A stretch of 64,000 nucleotides of DNA, taken from positions 446 through 64,445 of the forward strand of contig DATBQR010000018.1 of the NCBI GenBank assembly GCA_036560705.1. The letters are read 5' to 3'. Of this stretch, positions 31,090-41,141 are shown one piece after another (the first letter of the stretch is position 1; every line of letters starts with the position of its first letter). Below the pieces are notes generated by a model. The model did no database searches and had not been told where the DNA came from. It saw only the letters and a program-made list of their open reading frames with translations. A program made the translations under genes and the position numbers. The DNA comes from Burkholderiales bacterium (GTDB taxonomy: Bacteria; Pseudomonadota; Gammaproteobacteria; Burkholderiales; SG8-39).

Positions 31090-32982
31090 CTAGATCTCCA
31101 CCTTGGTGCCGAGCTCGATCACCCGGTTGGTCGGCAGCTTGAAGTAGTCGGCGGCGTTACCCGCGTTGCGCGCCATGGCGGCGAACACGCGCTCGCGCCA
31201 CAGCGACATGCCGCTCTCCACGGCGGCCACCGGCACCACCATCTCGCGGCTGAGGAAGAACGAGGTGGTCATCATCTCGAATTCCAGGCCGAGCGCGCCG
31301 GCGAGCTCCAGCGCCTTCACCACGTCGGGCTCGTCCATGAACCCGTAGCGGATGGTCATGCGCCAGCAGCCGTGGCCGAGCTTCGCCAGCGACAGGCGCT
31401 CGAGCAGCTGCACCCAGGGCTCCTCGGTAATCTGCACGGTGAGGAACACCACGCGCTCGTGCAGCACCTTGTTGTGGTTCAGGTTGTGCAGCAGCGCGCT
31501 GGGAGTGGCGTCTGGCGTCGCGGTGAGGAACACCGCGGTGCCGGGCACGCGGATCGGCGGATCGCGGAACAGCGAGTCGAGGAAGTCCTTCAGCGGCACC
31601 GAGGTCTCGCGCAGCCGGTGGAAGAGGATCTCGCGGCCGGCGCGCCAGGTGCGCATGATGGTGAAGACCGCGCCGCCGATGACCAGCGGGAACCAGCCGC
31701 CGTCGGCCACCTTGAGCATCGTCGCCGACAGGAAGGTGAAGTCGAAGATGAGGAAGAACCCCGTCGCGCCCATGCACAGCAGCAACGGATAGTTCCAGGC
31801 GTAACGGACGACGAAGAAGGTAAGCAGCGTGTCCACCGTCATGGTCGCGGTCACCGCGATGCCGTAGGCGCCCGCGAGACTGGTGGAAGAACCGAAACCG
31901 ATCACCGCCGAGAGGACGGCGATCAGCAGCAGCCAGTTGATGCCGGGGATGTAGACCTGGCCGCGTTCGCGCGCGGAAGTCTGCACGATGGTGACGCGCG
32001 GCAGGAAGCCGAGCTGGATCGCCTGCTTGGTCATGGAATAGGCGCCCGAGATGACCGCCTGGGAGGCGATCACCGACGCCGCCGTCGCCAGGCCCACCAT
32101 CGGATAGAGCGCCCATTCCGGGATCAGCAGGAAGAACGGGTTCTGCACCGTGTCCGGCCGCACGATCAGCAGCGCGCCCTGGCCGAAGTAATTCAGCATC
32201 AGCGCCGGCGCCACCACGCTGAACCAGCCGATGCGCACCGGCCCCTTGCCGAAGTGACCCATGTCTGCGTAGAGCGCCTCGGCGCCGGTGACCGCCAGCA
32301 CCACCGCGCCCAGCACCACGAACGACGTCGCCGCGTGGCTCGCCAGAAAATTCACCGCATGGGCCGGGTTGAGGGCGGCGAGCACGCCGGGAAACTGCGC
32401 GATGCCGTGCAGGCCGGTAGCGCCGATGGCGATGAACCAGGCCAGCGTGACCGGTCCGAACAGCCGGCCGACGGTCGCGGTGCCGCGGCTCTGGAAGGCG
32501 AACAGCGCGAGGATCACCGCCACCGCGAGCGGCACCACGTAGGGCTTGAAGGCCGAGGTGCCCACTTCCAGCCCCTCGACGGCCGACAGCACCGTCACCG
32601 CGGGGGTCAGCACCGCGTCGCCGTAGAAGAGCGACGCGCCGAACACGCCGATGAGGATCAGCGGCACGCGCCAGTGCGGATGGTCTTTCACCGCCGAGGT
32701 GGCCAGAGCGATCAGCGCCATGATGCCGCCTTCGCCGCGGTTGTCGGCGCGCATGATCAGCACCACGTACTTGAGCGAGACGATCACCATCAGCGACCAG
32801 AAGATCGTGGACAGGCCGCCGAGCACGTTCTCCGGGGTGAGCGGAATGCCGTGCGTCGGGTTGAAGGTCTCCTTGACCGCGTAAAGCGGGCTGGTGCCGA
32901 TGTCGCCGAAGACGACGCCGAGCGCGACCAGCGTGAGCGCCGCCGTCGACGAGCGCGGGATGCGGGGATCCTGAGGAGTCAC
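31090..32982 (-). CDS. kup: KUP/HAK/KT family potassium transporter (copy 1)
   Basis: 630 aa with GVVFGDIGTSPLYAVKETF and GAEALYADMGHFGK. Confidence 0.95.
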   Translation of the reverse strand: MTPQDPRIPRSSTAALTLVALGVVFGDIGTSPLYAVKETFNPTHGIPLTPENVLGGLSTIFWSLMVIVSLKYVVLIMRADNRGEGGIMALIALATSAVKDHPHWRVPLILIGVFGASLFYGDAVLTPAVTVLSAVEGLEVGTSAFKPYVVPLAVAVILALFAFQSRGTATVGRLFGPVTLAWFIAIGATGLHGIAQFPGVLAALNPAHAVNFLASHAATSFVVLGAVVLAVTGAEALYADMGHFGKGPVRIGWFSVVAPALMLNYFGQGALLIVRPDTVQNPFFLLIPEWALYPMVGLATAASVIASQAVISGAYSMTKQAIQLGFLPRVTIVQTSARERGQVYIPGINWLLLIAVLSAVIGFGSSTSLAGAYGIAVTATMTVDTLLTFFVVRYAWNYPLLLCMGATGFFLIFDFTFLSATMLKVADGGWFPLVIGGAVFTIMRTWRAGREILFHRLRETSVPLKDFLDSLFRDPPIRVPGTAVFLTATPDATPSALLHNLNHNKVLHERVVFLTVQITEEPWVQLLERLSLAKLGHGCWRMTIRYGFMDEPDVVKALELAGALGLEFEMMTTSFFLSREMVVPVAAVESGMSLWRERVFAAMARNAGNAADYFKLPTNRVIELGTKVEI

Positions 32983-33006
32983 TACCCTCTATTTTAGGAC
33001 AGGTAA

Positions 33007-34905
33007 TTAAATTTCGACTTTTGTACCGAGCTCGATCACGCAGTTCGCGGGAATGTTGTAGTAGTCGGCGGCGGTGCGCGCGTTGCGCGCCATCGTGGCG
33101 AACAGGTTCTCCCGCCACAGCGCCATGCCGGCGCCGGCCGTCGGCACCACCGTCGCGCGGCTGAGGAAAAACGTCGTCTCCATCAGGTCGAACGCGAGGC
33201 CGCAGCCCCCGCAGTATTCCAGCGAGGACGCCACGTCGGGCCGGTCCATGAAGCCGAAATGCACGAAGAGACGGAAGAAACCGTCGCCGATCGGCTCCAC
33301 GGAAACGCGCTCGGCGGGCGGCACCCAGGGCACGCCGCGGATCACCACGGTGAGGAACACCACGCGCTCGTGCAGCACCTTGTTGTGCTTCAGGTTGTGC
33401 AGCAGCGCGTTCGGCGTGCTGTGCGGATCCACCGCCATGAACACGGCGGTGCCGGCAACGCGGTGCGGTGGATGCGCGGCGAGCGACTCGAGGAACACCT
33501 TGAGCGGGATGGCCAGGCGGCGCTGCGCCGCCACGGTAAGCACGCGGCCGCGGCGCCAGGTCGTCATGAAGGTGAATACCAGTGTGCCGAGCGCGAGCGG
33601 GAACCAGCCGCCCTGCGCGATCTTCGTCAGCGCGGAGGAAAAGAACGCCACATCGACGAAGGCGAAGAATCCGGTCGCGGCGATGCAGACGGCGAGCGGG
33701 TAGCCCCAGCCGTAGCGCAGCAGGAAGAAGGTGAGGATGGTGGTCACCAGCATCGTCCCGGTGACCGCCACGCCGTAGGCCCAGGCGAGCTTCGCCGAGG
33801 AGCCGAAGCCGACGATGACGCCGACGATGATCAGCGCGAGGATCCAGTTCGCTCCCGGGATATAGATCTGCCCGATCTCGCGTGCCGAAGTCTGCCGCAC
33901 CCGCATGCGCGGCAGGTAGTCGAGCTGGATCGCCTGACGGGTCAGCGAATAGGTGCCCGAGATCGTCGCCTGCGAGGCGATCACGGTGGCGGCGGTGGCC
34001 AGCGCCACCAGCGGATAGAGCGCCCAGCCCGGCGCCAGCAGGTAGAACGGGTTGTCGAGCGCCTGCGGATCGGCGATCAGCAGCGCGCCCTGGCCGAAGT
34101 AATTCAGCGCGAGCGCCGGGAACACCAGGCCGAACCAGGCGATGCGGATCGGCGCCTTGCCGAAATGCCCCATGTCCGCGTAGAGCGCCTCCGCGCCGGT
34201 AAAGGCGAGCAGAACCGCGCCCAGCACGACGAACGAGGCGAAGCCGTGCTGCGTGACGAAACGGACCGCGTGCACCGGGTCGAGCGCGCGCAGCACCCCG
34301 GGATTGCGGGCGATGCCGGCCACGCCGAGCGCGGCGATGGCGCCGAACCACAGGACCATCACCGGCCCGAACACCGCGCCGATCACCGAGCTGCCCTTGC
34401 GCTGGATCGCGAACAGGCCGATCACCACGCCGACCGACAGCGGCACCACGTAGGGATGGAACGCCCCGGTGCCGATTTCCAGTCCCTCGACCGCCGACAG
34501 CACCGAGATGGCAGGCGTGAGCACCGCGTCGCCGTAGAACAGCGAGGCGCCGAACACGCCCAGCAGCAGGATCGTGGAGCGCCATTGCGGATGGTCCTTG
34601 ACCGCGGCGGAGGCCAGCGCGAGCAGCGCCATGATGCCGCCCTCGCCCTTGTTGTCGGCGCGCATGATGAGAATCACGTACTTGAGCGAGACCACGATCA
34701 TCAGCGCCCAGAAAATCGCCGACAGGCCACCCAGCACGTTTTCCGGGTTCAGCTCGATGCCGTGGGCCGGGTTGAAGGTTTCCTTGACGGCGTAGAGCGG
34801 ACTGGTGCCGATGTCGCCGTAGACCACGCCCAGCGCCGCCAGCGTGAGCGCGGCGCGCGAGGACCTGCCTTCCTGGGAGCCGGGTTCCATGAGGGGATAA
34901 ACCAA
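33007..34905 (-). CDS. kup: KUP/HAK/KT family potassium transporter (copy 2)
   Basis: 632 aa with the same motifs. It lies 24 nt upstream of copy 1. An alternative start MEPGSQ at 34890 is possible. Confidence 0.95.
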   Translation of the reverse strand: MVYPLMEPGSQEGRSSRAALTLAALGVVYGDIGTSPLYAVKETFNPAHGIELNPENVLGGLSAIFWALMIVVSLKYVILIMRADNKGEGGIMALLALASAAVKDHPQWRSTILLLGVFGASLFYGDAVLTPAISVLSAVEGLEIGTGAFHPYVVPLSVGVVIGLFAIQRKGSSVIGAVFGPVMVLWFGAIAALGVAGIARNPGVLRALDPVHAVRFVTQHGFASFVVLGAVLLAFTGAEALYADMGHFGKAPIRIAWFGLVFPALALNYFGQGALLIADPQALDNPFYLLAPGWALYPLVALATAATVIASQATISGTYSLTRQAIQLDYLPRMRVRQTSAREIGQIYIPGANWILALIIVGVIVGFGSSAKLAWAYGVAVTGTMLVTTILTFFLLRYGWGYPLAVCIAATGFFAFVDVAFFSSALTKIAQGGWFPLALGTLVFTFMTTWRRGRVLTVAAQRRLAIPLKVFLESLAAHPPHRVAGTAVFMAVDPHSTPNALLHNLKHNKVLHERVVFLTVVIRGVPWVPPAERVSVEPIGDGFFRLFVHFGFMDRPDVASSLEYCGGCGLAFDLMETTFFLSRATVVPTAGAGMALWRENLFATMARNARTAADYYNIPANCVIELGTKVEI

Positions 34906-34925
34906 ACGGGGGATAGAATGCTGCC

Positions 34926-35675
34926 ATGAACCAGCCCGACAAAGCGCATTTTCTCGAAAGAGTCAGCCGCGAAATGGACGAGGACCTGGGCATCCTCGAC
35001 CTGTCTCCCCGCGACGCGCTGGCCGCCTGCTGCCGGATCCTCGCCCGCGAAGGCCACGAGTCGGGACTGGCCGGGCAAGTCACGGCCCTCGGCGAAAAAC
35101 CGAACAGCTGGTGGACGCTTAAATTCGGCCTCGGTTTCGAGGAAGCCACCGGCGAGCGCATGGTGCTGGTGGATGAAGACCTCAAGCCACTCTCTGGAGG
35201 ACGCGCCAATCCGGGCGTGCGCTTCCACGTCTGGATTTACCGCCATCGTCCCGACGTCAAGGCCATCGTCCACACGCATGCGCCCTACGCTTCCGCGCTG
35301 GCGGCCACCGGCACGCCGCTGAAGACCATCCACATGGACAGCGCGATGCTGCACGGCACCGCGCACCTGCCGGAATGGCCCGGCGTCCCGGTCGCCGACG
35401 ACGAGGGGCGCATCATCTCCGGCGCGCTGGGGTCGGCGAAAACCATCCTGCTCTCGAATCATGGTTTATTGGCTGCAGGAAATTCAATTGAAGAAGCCAC
35501 TTATCTCGCGGTTTTCTTCGAGCGCGCCGCGCGCATGCAGATGCGCGCGATGGCGGCGGGCGGCTTCAAGGAAGTAAAACCCGAACTCGCGGCCGAGGCG
35601 CGCGATTTCCTGCTGCAGCCGTCGATCGTGCGCGGCACCTTCGCCTACTGGGCGCGGCGCTGCCAGTCAAGCTGA
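34926..35675 (+). CDS. Class II aldolase/adducin family protein
   Basis: 249 aa with IVHTHAPYASALA and SNHGLLAAGNSIEEA. Confidence 0.8.
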   Translation: MNQPDKAHFLERVSREMDEDLGILDLSPRDALAACCRILAREGHESGLAGQVTALGEKPNSWWTLKFGLGFEEATGERMVLVDEDLKPLSGGRANPGVRFHVWIYRHRPDVKAIVHTHAPYASALAATGTPLKTIHMDSAMLHGTAHLPEWPGVPVADDEGRIISGALGSAKTILLSNHGLLAAGNSIEEATYLAVFFERAARMQMRAMAAGGFKEVKPELAAEARDFLLQPSIVRGTFAYWARRCQSS

Positions 35676-35685
35676 GGAGAACGCC

Positions 35686-36777
35686 ATGTGCTTGTGCGGA
35701 ATCACCCTGACTCGCCGGCAGCTGCTGACCATGGCCCTGACGGCCTCCGCCGGAACGATGCTTCCCGGGAAGCGCGCGCAAGCGGCGGAATTGTCGTCCG
35801 CCGCGAAGGAGGTCCTGCAGAAGACGATCACCGTCGACGCCCACAGCCACGCGCGCGGCATGGTGTTCGGCCCCAAGATGGACGACAGCCTCGCCGCCGG
35901 CATGCGCGAAGGCATGCTCAGCGCGATCTGCCTCGCCCACGTGGCCGACGGCCCGGTCATCGGGCGCAACGCGGCAGGCGTGCTCGGCCTGGTGCGCACA
36001 CCCGAGCCGGGATACCTCTACAAGGCGCACCTCGAGCGCCTTGACTGGATGGACCGCTTCTCCACCGGCCACGGCATGCGCCGCGTGGCGACGCTCGCCG
36101 AACTGAAGGACGCCAAGGCGAAGGGCGAGCCCGCGTTCATCCAGGACATCGAGGGCTGCGATTTCCTCGACGGCAAGCTCGAGCGCCTCGAGGAGGCGCA
36201 GCGGCGCGGCGTCCGGGTAGTGCAGCTCGTGCATTACATCCCGAACGACATCGGCGATTTCCAGACCGGCCCCGTCGTGCACAACGGCATGACCGAGTTC
36301 GGCGCGAAAGCCATCCGCGAGCTGAACCGTCTCGGCGTGCTGGTGGACGTGGCGCACGCAACCGAGCCGCTGGTGCGGCAGGCCGTGAAGGTCTCGGCGA
36401 AACCGCTGCTCCTGTCGCATACCGCGCTGCAGGGCTCGAAGGCGCAGGGCACCACGCCGCTCGCCGGGCGGCAGATCACCCCGGACCACGCGCGCATGGT
36501 CGCGGACACGGGCGGCGTGGTCGGCCTGTGGCATTTCTTTCCGGGCATCGAGCGCTACGTGCAGGGCATCAAGGAAATGGTCGACGTCGTCGGCGTGGAC
36601 CATGTCGGCGTCGGCACCGACCAGCAGACCGCTCCCGGCACGCTCCAGGACTACGCAAATTACAGCAACGTCGCCGAGCAGATGCTGAAAAGCGGATTCA
36701 ATGCCGACGAGACCGCGAAGATCCTCGGCGGAAATTTCGTCCGCATCTTCGGCCAGGCGACCGGCGCGCCGGCGTAG
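35686..36777 (+). CDS. Membrane dipeptidase (peptidase M19) with twin-arginine signal
   Basis: 363 aa. Tat motif TRRQLL. M19-like VDAHSH...VVQLVHY...VDVAH...SHT...GVGTD. Confidence 0.75.
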   Translation: MCLCGITLTRRQLLTMALTASAGTMLPGKRAQAAELSSAAKEVLQKTITVDAHSHARGMVFGPKMDDSLAAGMREGMLSAICLAHVADGPVIGRNAAGVLGLVRTPEPGYLYKAHLERLDWMDRFSTGHGMRRVATLAELKDAKAKGEPAFIQDIEGCDFLDGKLERLEEAQRRGVRVVQLVHYIPNDIGDFQTGPVVHNGMTEFGAKAIRELNRLGVLVDVAHATEPLVRQAVKVSAKPLLLSHTALQGSKAQGTTPLAGRQITPDHARMVADTGGVVGLWHFFPGIERYVQGIKEMVDVVGVDHVGVGTDQQTAPGTLQDYANYSNVAEQMLKSGFNADETAKILGGNFVRIFGQATGAPA

Positions 36778-36834
36778 CAGCCGGGCGTCAGATCTTCCCG
36801 CTCAGCAACTCGACCCGTACGGCGGGATCCTTCT

Positions 36835-38535
36835 TTATTTTCTGGGTCCGCTATGCGTGACCGCACCGCGGAACGCGGAGCCGACCTGGGCCGCGTATTT
36901 TTCGAGGACGCCGGAAAGCGACTGTTTGGGTTTTTTGAATGACCTTTTCTTTAATTCCCCCGGGGAAAGTTCAACTGAGAGCAAACCCCTGACCGCATCG
37001 ATCACGATCCGGTCCCCATCCCTCACCAGCGCCAGCGGCCCGCCGACGCCGGCTTCCGGCGATACGTATCCAACCATCATCCCCCGCGTCGCGCCGGAGA
37101 AGCGGCCGTCGGTGACCAGCGCGACCTTCTCGCCCACGCCCTGCCCATAAAGAAGCGCCGTGACGCCGAGCATTTCGCGCATGCCGGGGCCGCCCTTAGG
37201 ACCTTCGTAGCGGATCACGAGGACGTCGCCCGGCTTGTAGGAGCGCTTGCGCACGACCTCGGCGCATGCTTCCTCCGAATCGAATACGCGCGCCCGTCCC
37301 TCGAAGCGCAGCGACTTCAGGCCCGCGACCTTGAGCAGCGCCCCGTCGGGTGCGAGGTTGCCTTTGAGGACGACAATGCCGCCCGTCGGAGAAATGGGTT
37401 TGTGCGGAATGACTTTCCCGTCGGACCCCGGATGGCCGAGCAATTCCTTTTCGAGGGAAGTCCCGAAGATCGTCAGGCAATCCCCGTGCAGGTCGCCGCG
37501 CTTGAGCAGCTCCTTCAGCACCGCATAGACGCCGCCGATGGCGTGCAGGTCCTTGGAGAGATATTTCCCGCCCGGCTTCATGTCGGCGAGATAGGGCGTG
37601 CGCCTGGAAACGCGCGCGAGATCATCGAGCGAGAACTTGATGCCGGCCTCGTGCGCGATCGCCGGGATGTGCAGCCCGGCATTGGTGGAACCGCCGGTGG
37701 CGGCGACGGCGGCGCAGGCGTTCTCGAGGCTCTTGCGCGTCACGAGGTCGCGCGGCAGCGGGCCGCCGTCTTTCAGGATTTGCATGACGGTCTTGCCCGC
37801 GCCTCTTGAAAAAGCCTTTCTTTCAGGAACAACGGCAGGCATGGTGGCGGATCCGGGAAGCGCGAGGCCGAGCGTCTCCGAGACCATCGCCATGGTGTTG
37901 GCGCTGAACTGGCCGGGACAGGCACCCAGCCCGGGCAGGCAGACGTGCTCGAGCTTGTCGAGCTCCTTGCGCGTCACGGTACCGGCATAGACGCCGCCGA
38001 CCGCCTCGTAGGTGTCGAGCACCGTCACGTCCTTGCCGTTCAGGCGCCCGGGCAGCGCGGCGCCGCCGTACATGAACACCGAGGGAAGGTTCAGCCGCAC
38101 CATCGCCATCATCATGCCGGGCAGCGTCTTGTCGCAGCCCGCGAAGGTGACCAGCGCGTCGTAGGCATGGCCGCGCACGACCGCCTCGACGCCGTCGGCG
38201 ATGATCTCGCGCGATACCAGCGAGTAGCGCATGCCGCCGTGGTTCATGGACATGGAGTCGGCGACGGAGATGGAAGCGAAATCGAACGGCGTGCCGCCCG
38301 CGTCGCGCACGCCGTCGCAGGCCTCGCGCGCGAGCGCGCCGAGCAGCGCGTTGCAGGGCGTGACACGGCCGTCGGTGGAGGCGACGCCGACGAACGGGCG
38401 CCCGATGTCGGCGTCCGAAAGCCCCAGCCCGCGCAGGAAAGCGCGGTGCGGCGCGCGATCCAGCCCCTCGACCGTGACCCGTGAGGGTAAGATGCGCGGC
38501 AGAATCGGGATTACTTTCGATTTTCCGGTTTTCAT
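36835..38535 (-). CDS. IlvD/Edd family dehydratase (dihydroxy-acid dehydratase-like)
   Basis: 566 aa with RAPHRAFLRGLG, CDKTLPG and ALVTDGRFSGATRG. Confidence 0.85.
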   Translation of the reverse strand: MKTGKSKVIPILPRILPSRVTVEGLDRAPHRAFLRGLGLSDADIGRPFVGVASTDGRVTPCNALLGALAREACDGVRDAGGTPFDFASISVADSMSMNHGGMRYSLVSREIIADGVEAVVRGHAYDALVTFAGCDKTLPGMMMAMVRLNLPSVFMYGGAALPGRLNGKDVTVLDTYEAVGGVYAGTVTRKELDKLEHVCLPGLGACPGQFSANTMAMVSETLGLALPGSATMPAVVPERKAFSRGAGKTVMQILKDGGPLPRDLVTRKSLENACAAVAATGGSTNAGLHIPAIAHEAGIKFSLDDLARVSRRTPYLADMKPGGKYLSKDLHAIGGVYAVLKELLKRGDLHGDCLTIFGTSLEKELLGHPGSDGKVIPHKPISPTGGIVVLKGNLAPDGALLKVAGLKSLRFEGRARVFDSEEACAEVVRKRSYKPGDVLVIRYEGPKGGPGMREMLGVTALLYGQGVGEKVALVTDGRFSGATRGMMVGYVSPEAGVGGPLALVRDGDRIVIDAVRGLLSVELSPGELKKRSFKKPKQSLSGVLEKYAAQVGSAFRGAVTHSGPRK

Positions 38536-38575
38536 TTCCGCCGGGCTATTTTAAGCTGCCCCCAAGGAGGAACTC

Positions 38576-39538
38576 ATGCACCGTATCGCAGCCGCGCTTC
38601 TCGCCTTTCTCTTCGCCGTTCACGGGACGGCGCACGCGCAGGCCTACCCCGCGCATCCCGTGAAGATCATCGTGCCGTTCGGCACCGGCGGCCCGGCGGA
38701 CCTGTATGCGCGCTTCATCGGCGCCAAGCTCTCGGAGGCGCTCGGCCAGCCGTTCGTCATCGAGGACCGGCCCGGCGCCGGTTCCATCGTCGGCACCGAG
38801 GCGGCCCAGAAATCGCCGGCGGACGGCTACACGCTGCTGATGATGTCGAACACGCACACGGTGAACGAAACCCTGATTCCGCAGAAGCCGTTCGCGCTGA
38901 TGCGCGACTTCGCACCGATCACCGGCATCAACTATTCCGACCTGGTGATGGTGATCCATCCGTCGGTGCCGGCAAACAACCTGCGGGAATTCATCGCACT
39001 GGCGAAAGCGAAACCGAGGGAGCTGAATTACGCCTCCTCCGGCGCCGGCACGCCGTACCACATGGCCGGTGAATTGTTCAAGGCGATGGCGGGCGTGGAC
39101 ATCGTGCACGTGCCGTACAAGGGCAGCGACGGCGCGCGCACCGGCATCCTCGGCGGCCAGGTGCAGATGATGATCGACGCCATCACCACCATGGCCGCGA
39201 ACGTGCGCTCTGGCAAGCTGAAGGCCCTGGGCACAACCGGAAAGACGCGCTCCCAGGTCCTGCCCGACGTGCCGACCATCGCCGAGGCGGGCGTCCCGGG
39301 CTATGAAACCGGCATCTGGCTGGGGTTGATGGCGCCCGCCGGCACGCCGCGACCGGTGCTCGAGCGCCTGAATACCGAAGTTCTCAAGGTTCTCCATGCG
39401 CCGGAAGTCCGGGATTCCTGGAGCAAGCAGGGCGCGCAGCCGATGGCCATGTCGATCGAACAGTTCGACAAGTTCCTGCGCGAAGACATCGCCAAGTGGG
39501 CCAGCGTCGTCAAGGCGACCGGCGCCAGGGTCGATTGA
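38576..39538 (+). CDS. Bug/TctC family tripartite tricarboxylate transporter substrate-binding protein
   Basis: 320 aa with a signal peptide, then YPAHPVKIIVPFGTGGPADLYAR...DRPGAGS. Confidence 0.85.
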   Translation: MHRIAAALLAFLFAVHGTAHAQAYPAHPVKIIVPFGTGGPADLYARFIGAKLSEALGQPFVIEDRPGAGSIVGTEAAQKSPADGYTLLMMSNTHTVNETLIPQKPFALMRDFAPITGINYSDLVMVIHPSVPANNLREFIALAKAKPRELNYASSGAGTPYHMAGELFKAMAGVDIVHVPYKGSDGARTGILGGQVQMMIDAITTMAANVRSGKLKALGTTGKTRSQVLPDVPTIAEAGVPGYETGIWLGLMAPAGTPRPVLERLNTEVLKVLHAPEVRDSWSKQGAQPMAMSIEQFDKFLREDIAKWASVVKATGARVD

Positions 39539-39542
39539 GCGG

Positions 39543-40313
39543 ATGGGCTGGGATCCGTCGCAGTACCTCAAGTTCGCCGGCGAGCGCCTGCGCCCGGCGC
39601 TCGACCTGCTGGCGCGCATTCCGGCCACGACGCCCGACACCGTGGTCGATCTTGGCTGCGGCGCGGGCAACCTCGCCCCGCTGTTCCTGCAGCGCTGGCC
39701 GGATGCGAAGCTGCTCGGCGTCGACAGTTCGCCCGAAATGCTCGCCAAGGCGCGCGCCGACCATCCGGGCGCGAGCTTCGAGCAGGGCGACGTCGCCACC
39801 TGGCGCCCCAAGCAGCCGGTGGACGTGCTCTACAGCAACGCGACGCTGCACTGGCTCGACGGCCACGACTCGCTGATCCCGGACCTGCTCGCGTCGGTGA
39901 AACCCGGCGGCTGGCTGGCGGTCCAGATGCCGCGCAATTTCGGCGCGCCTTCCCACACCAGCATCGTCGACGCCATCGAACAGGGCCCGTGGCGCGCGAA
40001 ACTCGAGCCGCACCTGCGCCGCAAGCCGGTCGCCGAGCCTCAGCATTACTGGCGGCTGCTCCAGGGAAAAACATCGTCGCTGGAAATCTGGGAAACCGAG
40101 TACCTGCAGCCGCTCAAGGGAGACAACGCGGTGGCGGAGTTCACCAAGGGGTCGTGGCTGAAGCAGTTCCTCGACCGGCTGCAGGAACCCGAGCGCAGCG
40201 CCTTCGAGGCCGACTACCGCGCCCGGGTCGGCAAAGTCTACAAACCCGAAGCGGACGGACGCACGCTGTTCCCCTTCCGGCGGCTGTTCATCGTGGCCCG
40301 CAATGCGGCTTGA
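39543..40313 (+). CDS. tam: Trans-aconitate 2-methyltransferase
   Basis: Start at MGWDPSQYLKFAGERLRPALDLLARIP. Also VDLGCGAGN and the C-terminal FPFRRLFIVAR, closely resembling E. coli Tam. Confidence 0.85.
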   Translation: MGWDPSQYLKFAGERLRPALDLLARIPATTPDTVVDLGCGAGNLAPLFLQRWPDAKLLGVDSSPEMLAKARADHPGASFEQGDVATWRPKQPVDVLYSNATLHWLDGHDSLIPDLLASVKPGGWLAVQMPRNFGAPSHTSIVDAIEQGPWRAKLEPHLRRKPVAEPQHYWRLLQGKTSSLEIWETEYLQPLKGDNAVAEFTKGSWLKQFLDRLQEPERSAFEADYRARVGKVYKPEADGRTLFPFRRLFIVARNAA

Positions 40314-41118
40314 ATCGAAGACGGCCGTCATCATCGGCGCCGGCCAGAGCCCGGGCAGCGGCATGGGTAACGGCCGCGCCACGGCGCTGCGGTTTGCGCA
40401 GGAAGGCGCGAAAATCATGGCGGTGGACCGCGAGCTTGCGCTCGCCGAGGAGACCGCCGCGCTCGTGAGGGAGAAATGCGGCAAGTCAGGCGGCGATTGC
40501 TTCTCCTTCGAGGCAGACGTAACGAAGGAAGCGGCGATGGCGGCGATGGTCGCCGAAGCAAAAAAACGCTGGGGGCGCATCGACATCCTGCACTACAACG
40601 TCGGCGTCAGCCTGGGCGGCGGCGATGCTTCGCCGCTCGAAATCACCGAGCAGGCCTTCGACAACATCGTCGCCATCAACCTGCGCGGCGCGGTGATGGC
40701 CTGCAAGCACGCGGTGCCGGCGATGCGCGAACAGAAGTCCGGAGTGATCCTGATGATTTCCTCGCTCGCCGCGATCGAAAAATACCCCTACGTCACCTAC
40801 AAGGCGACCAAGGCGGCGATGATCGCCTTCACCGAGCAGCTGGCGATCCAGAACGCCGAGTTCGGCGTGCGCGCCAACGTGATCCTGCCCGGCCTGATGG
40901 ATACGCCGATGGCCGTGGACACGCGCGCGCGCAAAAGCGGCAAGAGCCGGGCCGAAGTGGCGGCGATGCGCGATGCGCGCGTGCCGCTGCGCCGCAAGAT
41001 GGGCACCGCCTGGGACGTGGCCAACGCGGCGCTGTTCCTCGCTTCGGAGGAAGCCAACTTCATCACCGGCGTGTCTCTGCTGGTGGACGGCGGCGGCGCG
41101 CTGGATATAGGCCACTGA
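40303..41118 (+). CDS. SDR family oxidoreductase
   Basis: 271 aa with Rossmann motif AVIIGAGQSPGSGMG and catalytic YxxxK (YKATKAA). Confidence 0.85.
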   Translation: MRLESKTAVIIGAGQSPGSGMGNGRATALRFAQEGAKIMAVDRELALAEETAALVREKCGKSGGDCFSFEADVTKEAAMAAMVAEAKKRWGRIDILHYNVGVSLGGGDASPLEITEQAFDNIVAINLRGAVMACKHAVPAMREQKSGVILMISSLAAIEKYPYVTYKATKAAMIAFTEQLAIQNAEFGVRANVILPGLMDTPMAVDTRARKSGKSRAEVAAMRDARVPLRRKMGTAWDVANAALFLASEEANFITGVSLLVDGGGALDIGH

Positions 41119-41141
41119 GCGGCCACTGGCGCGCCGCTCAG
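41115..41141. other. 9-bp perfect hairpin spanning both stop codons of the convergent SDR and kinase genes
   Basis: CTGAGCGGC-cactggcgc-GCCGCTCAG. No T-tract on either side. Confidence 0.35.

Noticed and set aside
30962-31092. 46-codon GTG-initiated ORF (VSGTARDRARRIACPRRGKPGRKFFPLIRPGLFFRNLAVSGAG) inside the marR-kup spacer.
   Set aside because: It has no RBS, is Arg-rich, and runs straight through the hairpin and terminator stems. A structured RNA explains the region better.
31157-35209. 1350-aa ORF on the minus strand spanning both kup genes and the spacer between them.
   Set aside because: It lies in an alternative frame of two clearly real Kup genes. Its translation is Arg/Gly/Ala/Pro-rich shadow sequence with no recognisable motif. 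Long open off-frames are expected with this GC3 bias, and the 24-nt spacer merely happens to lack a stop in that frame.
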